A stretch of DNA of 64,000 bases, taken from the NCBI GenBank assembly GCA_964035545.1, contig OZ037771.1, positions 248,001 to 312,000 of the forward strand, written 5' to 3'. Below the pieces are notes generated by a model. It had not been told where the DNA came from. It made no database searches and saw nothing but the letters and a program-made list of their open reading frames with translations. A program made the position numbers and the translations under genes. The stretch comes from Bugula neritina (taxonomy: Eukaryota > Animalia > Bryozoa). This document shows positions 51,492-64,000 of the stretch, piece by piece (position 1 is the stretch's first letter; the number at the start of each line of letters is the position of its first letter).

Positions 51492-52750
51492 ATGCGAGAG
51501 TTCAAAGTGGTGTTGTTTGGGTCGGGTGGTGTCGGCAAATCAGCCATCACCGTACAGTTCGTAGCAGGCAGATTCGTACAGAACTACAACCCAACAGTTG
51601 AGGATGTGTACAGGAAAGATATTGAAGTTAACAAAGAGCCTTGTGTGATAGAAGTACTTGACACAGCCGGTAACTTTCTATTTGTTTATTATGAGACTAA
51701 CTGCAGAGGTCATTGTGATACTAACTGTAGAGGCCATTGTGATACTAATAGTAGAGCTCATTGTGAGACTAGCAGTAGAGCTCATTGTGAGACCAGTGTA
51801 GATTTTTGAACTGTAAAGGCGTAGTCGCAGGCCTAATGTTGAGATGTCCTGAAATGAGTGACATACTTATTAACTGGAAGCTTCACTCAAGTGAATAAAT
51901 GCTGAAACTTAGTTAATCACTCGCTGGCTGTGACACACCTATGATGAAACTAACATAACAGGTTCACCTTCCAGTATGCAAATGAATGCAAAAAGTAATA
52001 ATGATTTTGTAGTAGTATGTAGCCTGATTACATGCATTCAACTTGTATTCCTACACACAACTAGCTAGATTTACATTCTATTAAACCAACTCCATCAACA
52101 TTTACTCCAGCTGCTAACAATGTATAGATATTATATGCTATACTAGCATCAAGATTTATAGTTTATGATATATTACATACAAGGGTATACATATATTACA
52201 TACTAGGGTATACATATACTACATACTAGGGTATACATATATTACATACTAGGGTATACGTATATTACATACTAGGGTATATATATATTACATACTAGGG
52301 TATACATATATTACATACTAGGGTATACGTATATTACATACTAGGGTATATATATATTACATACTAGGGTATACATATACTATTTCAGGTACAGAGCAGT
52401 TCGCTTCTATGAGAGATCTGTATATAAGGAACGGGGAGGGCTTCATCATTGTCTACGGAATAAACGACTACCAGTCATTCAAAGACGTCATGCTCATGAA
52501 GGATGCCATATGTCGTATCAAACGCAAGAAAGAGGTTCCCATAATCCTAGTAGGAAACAAATGTGATCTGCAGTTTGAGAGAGAAGTTACCACAACAGAC
52601 GGTCAGCAACTGGCAGATATTTGGAACGTGCCGTTCATTGAAACGTCTGCTAAAAAGAAATACAACATCAATGAGATCTTCATGGAGGCAGTACACCAGA
52701 TAAACAATAAGAATAAGAAAGGTGGTAACTGCTGTTGCACCATATTATAA
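51492..52750 (+). CDS. Ras-family small GTPase, Rap2-like
   Basis: Exons 51492-51669 and 52389-52750. [29 protein letters not shown]|[12 protein letters not shown] (Thr at Ras position 61, as in Rap), NKCD, ETSAK, and C-terminal CCCTIL CaaX. Confidence 0.9.
52168..52380. repeat. ~24-bp repeat (TATTACATACTAGGGTATACATA) ending next to the Rap acceptor
   Basis: About 9 copies. Confidence 0.9.
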
Positions 52751-53756
52751 GCCCGAGTCTATCTTTATATTCTCATTATCCAAGCCTCGCAGATGCCATG
52801 GGCATCGTCTGTGTATGTATAACAAACAGTCTCTGTAAAGCAATTGGAGAACTGGTAGTGAGAGGGAACAGAGAAACGTGCAGTAGTTTGGTTCTCAGAG
52901 GAGATATCAATCATATACTGTCAACCAGGTGAAACATTCAACAACTAAACAGCCTATTGCAACGTGTTTCACTTTATATACTATTCTTAGGTTATTTTAT
53001 TAGATAATGGTCCAGTGAAAACTGTTGAAAACAGTAGAAGAACTACAAATATGTTAACTTGTTGAGCAGCGTGAGTCTAGTGATCATGTCATGTGATGTA
53101 AAATGCTCACAGACTGCCCAGATTTGCTGCCGAAATATTAGTCAGTAAATAAAGTCAGTAGACGAAGTAATGATCATAGATATGAGAATTTGGTATTGTT
53201 ATATCACATTGTACATAGTATTTATATCTCTTCTCTAATAAATTAACTAATATACTGATATTCTTCAATAGTTATTGCAAGTAATAATAAGACTGAAACT
53301 ATCTACACAGATCTCATTACTGTACAGCTCACTGTCATAACTCATGATAAAATCTCCATTGTTGCTGTCTTAACAAATCGAAATATCAATATCATGCAAT
53401 GGTTAATAAGTTATTATTTACTATACTACTTCTACATTTGTCTATACATTTATTTAAATGACTTCAATTAACCAGCATCTTCCAAATTTCAACATATAGT
53501 ACTGAGTGACTCAACCAGCAAAAGGTCAGGCAGTGAAAGTGTTTATGAAAAGATATATGAAATGAAATTGCACATCGTTTGTTATCAACTAGTAGAATAG
53601 TCATATATACTGCAATAGATTACACTGTTATTGAGATAATATTACATGCACCAAACTCACCCAAACAATCAGATAACTCAGGGCACAGAGAACAACTTCC
53701 TGTCGTCATATTGGTTATACATGGTGGGCCATATTACCATCTCATAATCTGGTCAT

Positions 53757-53953
53757 CATATCATAGTCTCTGGAAGCATTGCATGGTCTCTGGCAGCATT
53801 GCATAGTCTCTGGCAGCATATCATGGTCTCTGGCAGCATTTCATGGTCTCTGGCAGCATTGCATAGTCTCTGGCAGCATTTCATGGTCTCTGGCAGCATT
53901 GCATGGTCTCTGGCAGCATTGCATGGTCTCTGGCAGCATTTCATAGTCTCTGG
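53757..53953. repeat. 20-bp repeat (CATGGTCTCTGGCAGCATT(G/T)), ~10 copies
   Basis: Tandem periodicity. Confidence 0.92.
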
Positions 53954-54412
53954 TACAGCATGCAAAGAACTTTTTCTAAAATACTAGCCTAGCCTTTCTT
54001 AAACCTCAAATTTTCTAGTCTAATGTCAGTAATGTGTGGCACAGACCACCCACCGTATTGAGACAAGTTTTAGGAAGTTGGGAGCATTGGTTAAACTTGC
54101 TTTTCAAACAGCAACATTGTTCCAGTCTGGCATGCTCACACTTGAAGTCTAACTTAAGAAACTGGAGTCTAACTCAAGAAACTGAGGAAACGTAAATTCT
54201 TGAAGACTAAAATTATGATAGGTTGGATATCAAGTTGTGTCATTGTACTGGTGGATGAGGCCATAGTGATGAAACATGTCAGGCCATCTGATGTGCCAGT
54301 CTAGAGTTAATGATGGAGAAATAGGGTAGGGGGAGGTAATGACCAGCGCTGAGCTGCTCTGTTTAATGGTCATGTAGCTAAGGCTTGCTCTACAAGAAAG
54401 TGCCTGAGTAGT

Positions 54413-54985
54413 CACTATACAACTCTCTACCCACAGTTACAGTGAGTAGTACTATATCACTTTCTACCCACAGTTACAGTGAGTAGTACTATATCACTCT
54501 CTGCCCACAGTTACAGTGAGTAGTACTATATCACTCTCTGTCCACAGTTACAGTGAGTAGTACTATACAACTCTCTACCCACAGTTACAGTGAGTAGTAC
54601 TATATCACTCTCTGTCCACAGTTACAGTGAGTAGTACTATATCACTCTCTGTCCACAGTTACAGTGAGTAGTACTATACAACTCTCTACCCACAGTTACA
54701 GTGAGTAGTACTATATCACTCTCTGCCCACAGTTACAGTGAGTAGTACTATACAACTCTCTACCCACAGTTACAGTGAGTAGTACTATACAACTCTCTAC
54801 CCACAGTTACAGTGAGTAGTACTATACAACTCTCTACCCACAGTTACAGTGAGTAGTACTATACAACTCTCTACCCACAGTTACAGTGAGTAGTACTATA
54901 CAACTCTCTACCCACAGTTACAGTGAGTAGTACTATACAACTCTCTACCCACAGTTACAGTGAGTAGTACTATATCACTCTCTAC
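54413..54985. repeat. ~37-bp repeat (ACTATACAACTCTCTACCCACAGTTACAGTGAGTAGT), ~15 copies
   Basis: Tandem periodicity. Confidence 0.95.
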
Positions 54986-55309
54986 TCTTAGCTACAAGTA
55001 GTAATCATCAACATTATATTATATTCAAGTGAATTTAGTGGAAGTGACTCTTACTAAGTATACTAAGGAGACCCTCTCAATCTATATTTGCATCTCTTAA
55101 GCTAAAAATAATGTGTCGACCCTATAAATACCCTTATAAGCACATTCAAGGGTGTATATTACAACAAAGTAATTGCTTAAAGTGACATTCTAACATGTGG
55201 TCGGAGGTTGTCAAATACTTAAGATATGATCTATTCTAGGACACTTAGAGAATACATTAATAGCCAAATCCCTTGGACAGCCAGCTGCTCCAAGTGAACA
55301 ATACATTCT

Positions 55310-55632
55310 CTACTCTCGGCTACTCTCGGCTACTCTCGGCTACTCTCGGCTACTCCCAGCTACTCTCAGCTACTCTCAGCTACTCTCAGCTACTCTCAGC
55401 TACCCTCAGCTACTCTCAGCTACTCCCAGCTACTCTCAGCTACTCTCAGCTACTCTCAGCTACTCTCAGCTACCCTCAGCTACTCTCAGCTACTCTCAGC
55501 TACTCTCAGCTACTCTCACCTACTCTCAGCTACTCTCAGCTACTCTCAGCTACTCTCAGCTACTCTCAGCTACTCTCAGCTACTCCCAGCTGCTCTCAGC
55601 TACTCTCAGCTACTCTCAGCTACTCTCAGCTA
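55310..55632. repeat. 10-bp repeat (TACTCTCAGC), ~32 copies
   Basis: Tandem periodicity. Confidence 0.95.
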
Positions 55633-56085
55633 GTTGAACTCTGTTGGTATTGTTGTTACGGCTACAGTGGTGCAGCTGAGGAAAGAGGAGGTAGCCATTT
55701 GTAACTTTATAACAAATCTGAACAGTGTGCTTAAAGAACAGGCTACTGAAAACAATGTCTTTCACTTTGGTACTGAGTCTAAACATTAGAATACTTTCAC
55801 TTTGGTACTGAGGCTAAACATTAGATGACCTTCAAAGTGTGACAGCTTTATTCTCTTCATAGTAAAATCCTGATAATCAACTAAATTCAACCTAAACATG
55901 AGCTCTATAACAATATAGTCTACAACCATCTCACAGCCGTAATGATGGAGTAAAAAGGTGCAGATGTGCAGATAGTGGAAGGTATCTTCCCTGTTCTATA
56001 AGTACTTCTTTATAATATCAATATCACCCCAGACTGCCACGTTTGACTTCAATCAGAACTGTAAGAATAAAAGGCGGAATATTTA

Positions 56086-58600
56086 TTAGCTGTTGATGGG
56101 CAGATTTATTCCTGTAAAATATCAATGAAATGTAATCCATTGCAATACAATATAATTTAATATATTATTGTAGTATAGAAATGCAATGCATTGCACTGAT
56201 AATACCAAAGCTACAATGTTGTGAAGTTGTGTAGGTAAACAGACTAACCAAAGATCAGGGCGATGTACATGACTATACCACAAAAGACAGCGATGGTGCC
56301 ACATGTGAGCGACATTTTAGAGTAGCTACGAGCTGTGTCATTGTCTTTTTCTTGTTGTAAGCGCTTCACTTTAGCTGCATAATACAAGTGAACAAGTAAC
56401 AGTAAATTACAACTAGCAACTTTGCAGATATACTGAATGCAGATATACTGAATGCAGACATACTGAATGCAGATATACTGAATGCAGATATACTGAATGC
56501 AGACATACTGAATGCAGATATACTGAATGCAGATATACTGAATGCAGATGTACTGAATGCAGATATACTGAATGCAGATATACTGAATGCAGACATACTG
56601 AATGCAGATATACTGAATGCAGATATACTGAATGCAGACATACTGAATGCAGATATACTGAATGCAGATATACTGAATGCAGATATACTGAATGCAGATA
56701 TACTGAATGCAGATATACTGAATACAGATATACTGAATGCAGATATACTGAATGCAGATATACTGAATGCAGATATACTGAATGCAGATATACTGAATGC
56801 AGTAACACAGGCTGAAGGTTCTAACAATGTAAGCACTTTATTCCTTTCAGAAGCATTATGGTATTATAATACACCAATGACATAATATAAAATAACATGG
56901 TAAATATTATATAATGTAATAAAATATAGTATATATTATGTAATATAATAAAACATAGTATATATTATATAATATAATAAAACATAGTATACATTATATA
57001 ATATAATAAAAACAGTATATATTACACTCACATGAAGATCGTATGGCGAACATTGAAAATAGAGGGCAGCAGAGAAAAGAGAAAACGGAGAGAAAGTAGT
57101 GAGTGCCGGCTCCCAAATCTAAAATATATCAGTTTCTATAGCTCACTCTCATTGGCTTACTTTAGTAGTATCAGTTTCTATCGCTCACTCTCATTGGCTA
57201 AGTTTAGTAGTATCAGTTTCCATAGCTCACTCTCATTGGCTAAGTATATTGGCTATGTTATAACTAATTCTCCTTAGTGTGAATATTCAGTACATTTTAT
57301 TACAGCTTCAACTGTGAGTTCATCTGATAAATTATGAAAAGAAGTTTCAATAAAGTAGAGTTAGATACTCACCCTCTTCCTCTAATTGTGTCTCCACGTC
57401 TTTCTTTCCTTCCACTAGCACTGCTATATACATATATAATATATTATATTATTATATGTATTCTCATCATTACACCAGATACTATATTATATTATTATAT
57501 TATGCTATATTAATATATGTATTCTCATCATTACACCAGAGACTATAATATTATATTATTATATTATGTTATATTAATATATGTATTCCCATACAAAGAC
57601 TTAGTGCTGCTATCAAATAACAATTACCTTCTGCATCTACTCCTTGCTTTACATCTGAAATAAATAAATATTATAAGCTAAAATATAAATATTATATAAA
57701 ACAAATAAATATAGAACACAATAGATATTTATATACATTGAATAAATCATATTGAATAAAATATAGAAATATAGAAATAAACATTGAAAACAATAAAGTG
57801 AACATCAATTACAATAATGATAACAACTTGAGTACAAAGGTTTGGAGCTGTATCCAAGTATTACTGAAATATGTTATGTTACTAGCAACACACAGTACTA
57901 ACAGTACAACATACAGTACTAACAGTACAACACCTGATGTTACACTGTTGATTTTATCAACCTCCTCCACAACCAGGTTGCTGGTGACTTTCTGTTGAGA
58001 AGGAGTGGAGAGGTTCTGGTGCAGAGACGCGTTCTTCTGGGCAGACGGTGTTGGGTCTACGGAGTGAAATGAGATGTCAGTGTTTTTCTGTTGACTATCT
58101 ACCTACATAAATCAGGTACTGATTTACACAGTTAGTACAGATAGTATATACAGACACTACAGATACTACACACAGTTACTACAGATAGTACACACAGTTA
58201 GTACAGATACTACACACATTTACTACAGATAGTACACACCCTTACTACACTTAGTAAACACAGTTACTACAGTTATAACACACAGTTACTACAAGTACTA
58301 CACACAGTTACTACAGTTAGTATACACTGTTACTACAGATACTACACACAGTTGCTACAGATAGTATACACAGTTACTACAGTTAGTACACACAGTTGCT
58401 AAAGTTAGTACACACAGTTAGTACAGATACTACAGACAGTTGCTACAGATAGTATACAGAGTTACTACAGTTAGTACACACAGTTGCTAAAGTTAGTACA
58501 CACAGTTAGTACAGATAGTATACAGAGTTACTATAGCAAAGAATTACCATACTTACAGAATGGTAGATTCTACTGACAGAATGGTCGAAATCATTGCAAG
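56086..58600 (-). CDS. CD225/dispanin (IFITM/PRRT-like) membrane protein, paralog A; 5' end unresolved
   Basis: Exons 58600-58557, 58102-57934, 57654-57628 (27 nt), 57420-57373, 57118-57032, 56374-56249, 56111-56086 join in frame: ...HYFLSVFSFLCCPLFSMFAIRSSSKVKRLQQEKDNDTARSYSKMSLTCGTIAVFCGIVMYIALIFGINLPINS*. The LCC / A...S-KV / D..A..YS pattern is dispanin-like. A candidate exon at 59330-59401 did not phase cleanly. Confidence 0.75.
56424..56801. repeat. 15-bp minisatellite (GCAGATATACTGAAT), ~25 copies (paralog B has ~7 at 60868-60972)
   Basis: Tandem periodicity. Confidence 0.95.
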
Positions 58601-59949
58601 CTAAAATATGATATACAGCACATATATGTGGTTGTATACACCATAGACTACTACTCAAGTAAAATATAACGCAAAGTGGCAAATAATAAAACTCGAACTG
58701 CAAACAAAAACATTAAAAATTCATCTATATTTGTATCAACCATTTGACTAATTTAACTTCATACATTGAAGAATAATTCTCAGAAGAAATTCTCAGTAGA
58801 AAGTCTTGAAGAATTAGCTAATAGTTAACAAATATTGAGGACTTGAAAAGCTGATAGCATAAACATAGTATCTAGATTAATCTATTCGCTAGACAAAAGT
58901 TATAAAAGTTTCTTCAAACATAAGTTTGTAGTCTGAGTTTCATGTTCTCCTAGAAACCAGTCTACAAGGCTTGTACAATGACCGGGACTGTGTGAGAGCC
59001 GCCCATTAACAAGTGTAGATCGCGACTACATTTAGCAACACACATGGTAACTAGTAGATAATTATGATGCACACTTACCAGGGAGTGTTCGGCCGCTCTC
59101 GGAAACTTTAGGCTACAATATGATAACACGTGTGCACCATAGAATATAGGGGAGATAACTCTGATATGTAGTCTGATAATATTACATGACATGTTATAGG
59201 TACATATTACATATAACATTACATGACATGTTATAGGTACATATTATATATAATATTACATGACATGTTATATGTACATATTACATATAATATTACATGA
59301 CATGTTATAAGTACATATTATATGCACACCTTTGAGGAGCCTGTGGTGTTGTTAACCATCAAGTGCTTCGACGACATAACTCATGAAAGCAAGACACTAC
59401 CCTGAAACACACAGTGTAAATATACACCAGCATCAGTTGGCTATAGAAACACCAAATTATTGTATTAGATGCATGCAGAGGATGTGATATTCTGTGAGAT
59501 ATGAAGTTCAGTGGAAGAGAACTAAACTATATTGTACTTTATTATAGAAATTACAGTCATACTAACATATTTCCACATCATGCTGCTGTCATATGTTTCG
59601 TTACGTGAAAAGTAATGTCAAAGTGAACTTACCAATCTTTCTTCTTATTATATGACTGAGGATAGTGCTAAAAACTCACAACATAAAACAATTATACTAA
59701 TCAAGTAACTACAATAAAACAGATATGAAGAATGCCTGAAAGCTCAACAATGGCTGCTGTACTGCAGACGTAACCACTAGCAAAGCTTCATATAACTCAT
59801 ATACCTGCAGTGATATTATTGAAAGAGAGGACAAAATAACCTCAACAGAAGTTTCTGTAAGAAAGTTTGAATTTGTAAGGACAGGTATTTTATAGCACTT
59901 ATTCTTAGGTTCGACTGTAACCACTGCTGTGTTTTATATAATATACAAG

Positions 59950-60212
59950 TATACTCTGTATAGTCACTACTCTGTATACTCACTATTCTGTACACTCACT
60001 ACTCTGTATACTCTCTACTCTGTATACTCACTACTCTGTATACTCACTACTCTGTATACTCTACACTGTATACTCACTACTCTGTATACTCTACTCTGTA
60101 TACTCACTACTCTGTATACTCTACTCTGTATACTCTACTCTGTATAATCACTACTCTGTATACTCACTACTCTGTGTACTCACTACTCTGTGTACTCACT
60201 ACTCTGTATACT
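59950..60212. repeat. 16-18 bp repeat (CTCACTACTCTGTATA) at the duplication junction
   Basis: Ends 4 bp before the start of copy B. Confidence 0.85.
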
Positions 60213-60532
60213 GTCCTTTGGTGCTGAGTCTAAACATTAGAATACTTTCACTTTGGTACTGAGGCTAAACATTAGATGACCTTCAAAGTGTGACAGCTTT
60301 ATTCTCTTCATAGTAAAATCCTGATAATCAACTAAATTTAACCTAAACATGAGCTCTATAACAATATAGTCTACAATCATCTCACAGCCGTAATGATGGA
60401 GTAAAAAGGTGCAGATGTGCAGGTAGTGGGAGTTATCTTCCCTGTTCTATAAATACTTCTTTATAATATCAATATCAAACCAAACTGCCAGGTTCGACTT
60501 CATCAGAACTGTAAGAATAAAAAGCGGAATAT

Positions 60533-63500
60533 TTAATAGCTGTCAATGGGCAAATCTATTCCTGTGAAATATCAATGAAATGTAATCCATTGCAACACAT
60601 CATCATTCACTATATTGTATAGTAATACCAAAGCTATGCTATGAAGTTGTGTAGGTAAATAGACTTACCAAAGATCAGGGCAATGTACATGGCCATACCA
60701 CAAAAGACGGCGATGGTACCACATGTGAGCGACATTTTAGAGTAGCTACGAGCTGTGTCATTGTCCTTGAGTCTTCGCAAGCGCTTCACTTTACCTGCGT
60801 GATACAAGCAACTCTATTACCTGCTGTTGCTAAGGATCACACTAGTTGAATACAGATGGGAACTTTGCAGATATACTGAATGCAGATATACTGAATGCAG
60901 ATATACTGAATGCAGATATACTGAATGCAGATATACTGAATGCAGATATACTGAATGCAGATATACTGAATGCTAAAAGTATGTAAGCACTTTATTCCTT
61001 TCAGAAGCATTAGGGTATTATAATACACCAATAATAAAATATAAAATAGCATAGTATATAATATTCTATAAAATAATAAAACATATATATTATATAAAAT
61101 AATAAAACATAGTATATATTATATAATGTAATAAAACATAGTATATATTATATAATGTAATAAAACATAGTATATATTATATAATGTAATAAAACATAGT
61201 ATATATTATATAATGTAATAAAACATAGTATATATTATATAATATAATAAAACATAGTATATATTATATAATATAATAAAACATAGTATATATTATATAA
61301 TGTAATAAAACATAGTATATATTATATAATATAATAAATAGAGTATATATTATATAATATAATAACACATAGTATATATTATATAATATAATAACACATA
61401 GTATATATTATATAATATAATAACACATAGTATATATTATATAATATAATAAATAGAGTATATATTACACTCACATGAAGCACGTAATGCGAAAATTGAG
61501 AACAGAGGGCAGCAGAGGAAAGAGAAGCAGGAGAGAAGGTAGTAAGTTGAGGCTCTCAAATCTAAAATATATCAGTTTCTATAGCTCACTCCCATTGGCT
61601 AAGTTTAGTAGTATCAGTTTCTATAGCTCACTCTCATTGGCTAAGTTTAGTAGTATCAGTTTCTATAGCTCACTCCCATTGGTTAAGTTTAGTAGTATCA
61701 GTTTCTATAGCTCACTCTCATTGGCTAAGTATAGTAGTATCAGTTTCTATAGCTCACTCCCATTGGCTAAGTTTAGTAGTATCAGTTTCTATAGCTCACT
61801 CCCATTGGCTAAGTTTAGTAGTATCAGTTTCTATAGCTCACTCTCATTGGCTAAGTTTAGTAGTATCAGTTTTCATAGCTCACTCCCATAAGTTTAGTAG
61901 TATCAGTTTCTATTTAACTCAATCCCATTGGCTAAGTTTAGTAGCATTAGTTTCTACAACTCAATCTCATTGGCTAGGTATATTGGCTATGTTATAACTA
62001 ATTCTCCTTAGTGTGAATATTCAGTACATTTTATTACAGCTTCAACTGTGAGTTCATCTGTTAAATTAAGAAGACAATAGTTGAAAGATACAATACGACA
62101 TAATAAATTAGAGTTAGATACTCACCCTCTTCCCTATATTGTGTCTCCACGTCTTTCTTTGTACCATATCCTTCCACTAGCACTGCTATATACATATATA
62201 ATATTATTATATTATATTAATATATGTATTCTCATCATTACACCAGAGACTATAATATTATATTATTATATTATGTTATATTAATATATGTATTCCCATA
62301 CAAAGACTTAGTGCTGCTATCAAATAACAATTACCTTCTGCATCTACTCCTTGCTTTACATCTGAAAGAAATAAATATATAATACAATAAATATATAATA
62401 CAATAAATCAATCAATCAATTCTGATTCCAATAAATAAACATTAAATACAATATAAAATAAATAAATAAACATGACTACAGTATAATACACAGTATAACA
62501 CACAGTACAACACACAGTACAACACACAGTACAACACACAGTATAACAGTATAATACACAGTACAACACACAGTACAACACACAGTACAACACACAGTAC
62601 AACACTACAGTATATTACACAGTACAACACACAGTACAACACACAGTACAACACACAGTACAACACACAGTACAACACACAGTACAACACACAGTACAAC
62701 ACTACAGTATATTACACAGTACAACACACAGTACAACACACAGTACAACACACAGTACAAGACACAGTACAACACACAGTACAACACACAGTACAACACA
62801 CAGTACAACAGTATAATACACAGTATAATACACAGTACAACACACAGTACAACACACAGTACAAGACACAGTACAACACACAGTACAACACACAGTACAA
62901 CACACAGTATAACACACAGTATAATACACAGTATAACAGTACAACACCTGATGTTACACTGTTGATTCTATCCAGTTCCTCCACAACCAAGCTGTACCTC
63001 TTCTTAAACTCTCCACTGGGTTTATCTCCCTTGTACAGGTGAGAGTGGCTGGTGACTTTCTGTTGAGAAGGAGTAGAGAGGTTCTGGTGCAGATATGCGT
63101 TCTTCTGGGCAGACGGTGTTGGGTGGACGGAGTGAAATGAGGCACCAGTTATTTTCTGTTGACTATCTACCTGATTCACACAGTTACTACAGTTAGTACA
63201 CACAGTTACTACAGTTAGTACACACAGTTACTACAGTTAGTACACACAGTTACTACAGTTAGTACACACAGTTAGTACAGATACTACACACAGTTACTAC
63301 AGTTAGTACACACAGTTAGTGCAGTTAGTACACACAGTTGCTACAGATACTACACACAGTCACTACAGTTAGTACACACAGTTAGTACAGTTAGTACACA
63401 CAGTTGCTACAGTTAGTACACACAGTTAGTACAGATAGTACACACAGTTGGTATAGCTACTATAAAGAGTAACCACAACAAAGAATTACCGTACTTACAG

Positions 63501-63545
63501 GGTGGTAGACTCCACTTGAAGTGGTATGCTCCAAATCATTGTAAG
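60533..63545 (-). CDS. CD225/dispanin membrane protein, paralog B; 5' end unresolved or outside the window
   Basis: Exons 63545-63499, 63170-62948, 62361-62335, 62182-62126, 61561-61475, 60794-60669, 60561-60533: ...YYLLSCFSFLCCPLFSIFALRASCKVKRLRRLKDNDTARSYSKMSLTCGTIAVFCGMAMYIALIFGIDLPIDSY*. Confidence 0.75.
61060..61467. repeat. 29-bp AT-rich repeat next to a donor, ~13 copies
   Basis: AATAAAACATAGTATATATTATATAAT(G/A)T; only ~5 copies in paralog A (56885-57022). Confidence 0.9.
61571..61980. repeat. 42-bp repeat abutting an acceptor, ~10 copies
   Basis: ATCAGTTTCTATAGCTCACTC(C/T)CATTGGCTAAGTTTAGTAGT; ~3 copies in paralog A (57128-57245). Confidence 0.93.
62478..62947. repeat. 12-bp repeat (ACAGTACAACAC) starting at a donor, ~38 copies
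   Basis: Minus strand CATCAG|GTGTTGTACTGT...; paralog A has only a short 21-bp doublet at 57886-57933. Confidence 0.93.
63177..63448. repeat. ~21-bp repeat (CACACAGTTACTACAGTTAGTA) next to an acceptor
   Basis: The counterpart in paralog A (58125-58530) is more degenerate. Confidence 0.88.
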
Positions 63546-64000
63546 CTAAAATAAGATATATAGTATATATGTGGTTGTATACAGGGCATGGTTTATACAC
63601 CATAGACCACTACTCAAGTAAAATATTATTATAACACAAAGTGCTATATGATAAGACTTCAACTGCAAATAAAAACATTAAAAATTAATCCATTTTTCTA
63701 TTAATTGTTTCACTGCATAATTTAACTTCATACATTGAAGAACAATTCTGCAATACATATACTAAGTAGAAAGTCTCAAGAAATTTGAGTCAATAAATTT
63801 CAAATAATTAGTAACTGAAAAGCTGAATTTTAAACATAACCGCTTATTCTTTTAGCCAACCAAAAGTTTCTTTTTAAAGTTAATAAAAATTATACACTTT
63901 TGTAGTCTGAGTTTCACATTTCCTCAATCTCCAGGGCTTATACAATGACCGGGCCTCTATGAGAGCCACCCATTAACAAGTGTAGATCGCGACTACATTT

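Larger units (their letters stand above)
55765..64000. repeat. Tandem segmental duplication: copy A ~55765-60215, copy B 60216 to beyond the window end
   Basis: CTTTGGT(A/G)CTGAGTCTAAACATTAGAATAC... occurs at 55765 and 60216. The copies are colinear through all exons, and the window end (…CGCGACTACATTT) matches ~59021-59033. Confidence 0.95.

Overview
AT-rich, intron-containing invertebrate-type animal DNA; the taxon cannot be fixed from this window. Exon structures were worked out by hand. Genes in order: the 5' part of an apparently intact Ty3/Gypsy (Mag/K02A2.6-like) LTR retrotransposon (-, runs off the left edge); an SLC7 amino-acid transporter light chain (+); a convergent array of seven degenerate tRNA-like A/B-box cassettes around a 36-bp repeat; an RTE-like RT fragment; a GCKIII kinase STK24/25/26 (-); TBPL1/TRF2 (-); PRKX-like kinase (-); a divergent MIS12-like gene (-) head-to-head with SUPT7L (+); a Rap2-like GTPase (+); and two tandem CD225/dispanin paralogs (-). 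The most striking pattern is that many introns carry their own private 10-49 bp minisatellite. Many of these arrays start or end exactly at a splice junction, with the repeat unit containing the donor or acceptor and sometimes exon bases, so tens of decoy splice sites sit next to the real one. The duplicated dispanin genes show the same seeds at different copy numbers in each paralog. Copy numbers are by-eye estimates (array length / unit length).
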